Shown here: piece by piece, positions 48,491 through 50,071 of the stretch | How the letters are laid out: every line of letters starts with the position of its first letter | Position numbering within the stretch: the stretch's first letter is position 1 | Source of the DNA: Callorhinchus milii | Lineage: Eukaryota | DNA length: 50,071 nucleotides | Direction of reading: 5' to 3' | Assembly: GCF_018977255.1 (NCBI RefSeq) | Contig: NW_024705382.1 | Coordinates: 1 to 50,071 of the forward strand | Program-made: the position numbers and the translations under genes | Notes under the pieces: generated by a model | Databases searched by the model: none | What the model saw: the letters and a program-made list of their open reading frames with translations, nothing else | What the model was told of the DNA's origin: nothing

Positions 48491-49420
48491 ATTGAGAGAC
48501 TGTGAGTGTGTGCGTGAGAGAGATAGACTGTGAGTGTGAGAGAGAGACAGCGAATGTGTGAGAGAGAGAGAGAGGGATACTGTGAGTGTGTGTATGAGAG
48601 AGAGACTGTGAGTGTGAGAGAGAGACAGCGAATGTGTGAGAGAAAGAGATGTGAGTATGTGTATGAGAGAGAGAGACTGAGTGTCTGTGTGAGAGAGAGA
48701 GTGAGCGACTGTGAGTGTGTGTGAGAGAGAGACTGTGAGTGTGTGTGAGAGAGAGACTGTGAGTGTGTGTGTGAGAGAGAGAGACTGTGTGTGTGTGTGT
48801 GTGTGCGAGAGAGAGAGACTGAGTGTGTGTGAGAGAGAGACTGAGTGTGTGTGAGAGAGACTGAGTGTGTGTGTGAGAGAGAGACTGTGAGTGTGTGTGT
48901 GAGAGAGAGAGAGACTGTGAGTGTGTGTGTGTGAGAGAGACTGTGAGTGTGTGTGTGATAGACTGTGAGTGTGTGTGAGAGAGAGACTGTGAGTGTGTGT
49001 GAGAGAGACTGTGAGTGTGTGTGTGAGAGAGAGAGACTTTAAGTGTGTGTGTGAGAGAGAGAGACTGTGTGTGTGAGAGAGAGAGAGACTGAGTGTGCGT
49101 GTGAGAGAGAGAGACTGTGAGTGTGTGTTTGAGAGAGAGACTATGTGTGTGTGAGAGAGTCTGAGTGTGCGAGAGAGCGAGACTCTGAATGCATGAAAGA
49201 ATGAAAGAGAGACTGAGAGTGTGAGAGAAAGAAAGACTGAGTGTATGAGAAAGAGAGAGACAGTGAGTGTGAGAGAGAGACAGCGAATGTGTGAGCGAGA
49301 GAGAGAGAGAAAGACGGAGTATGAGAGAGAGAGAGAGAGAAAGAAAGAAGAAAAGAAAGAGATTTTGATTTTGAGTTTGAGTTTGATTGTGATGGAGAGA
49401 AAGAGACTGTGAGAGAGAAA
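48491..49420. repeat. Compound microsatellite GACTGTGA(GT)n(GA)n
   Basis: Direct inspection; produces the spurious 344-aa S/L/H/T ORF. Confidence 0.95.
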
Positions 49421-50071
49421 AGTGCGGAAAAGGGAACATTACAATAACAGTCACTACACTTTTGCATTAATCCCAGTGATCTCAATGGGGTTTCGCATTG
49501 ACTTTGTGTTTCGATCGTAACCCGCTCTCTGGGTGCAAACACGGGAAACGGGTTTAAAGGTCCCCAGATCCCCGGGGGTTAACATGCATCAGTGCAAAAT
49601 ACCCCTAATTCTGCGTTGATGTCAAACATATCAACCACATTATACATTTAACTCTCTCCCTCTCTCTCTCACTCACTCACTCACACACACTCTATCTGTC
49701 TATCAATCAGGAGACAAGCAGTGGCGAGGCGGGGAAGAGGCTGTTGGATTGTTTTCAGTCTGTGGACCGTATTTGGGAATTAAAGCGAGGTCATCCCGCT
49801 CTTAAGGGGGGGGGGGGGGGGGGGAGGATTATTTACGGTGGGGTGGGGGAGAGGGTTAAACCTCTTTTTATAGTAATAATAATCCTTGTGATTGATATCG
49901 TGCCTCCTGACGTCATCGAGTCGTCTCCAAGCGCTTCACAGAATACAGTGTAACGTGTTGTGACTGTTCTGTGGCCTGGGGAGAGAGATAGAACGAGGAG
50001 AGAGAGCACGTGTTGTAAAGTGCAGTGACTATGTGTTTCACTGTAATGTTTAGCGACTCTGTGTCTCGCTG

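Noticed and set aside
48420..49454. 344-aa minus-strand ORF
   Set aside because: Translation of a GA/GT compound microsatellite.

Overview
Eukaryotic, repeat-rich vertebrate genomic DNA. It is most likely from a cartilaginous fish, inferred from Deu-domain-like tRNA SINEs, L2/CR1 LINEs and the NLR type; this is not proven. The main gene is a + strand, 10-coding-exon CARD-like/NACHT/ribonuclease-inhibitor-type LRR (NLR) immune receptor at 30686-43831. My manual splice model gives 2982 nt (993 aa) with all intron phases compatible. The last three exons of a closely related paralog lie upstream (11867-14128); one carries a 2-bp (GT) frameshift in a phase-symmetric exon that could be skipped. Bases 1-11320 are a complex satellite of about 650-bp units with a local inversion. 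Between the two NLR copies are a CpG-rich unique island, a duplicated promoter-like module (GAS-like, CTCF-like and CATAAA motifs), a solo-LTR-like element, minisatellites and many SINE/LINE fragments. Nearly all other ORFs in the track are microsatellite or retroelement artefacts. I found no prokaryotic-type systems such as CRISPR.
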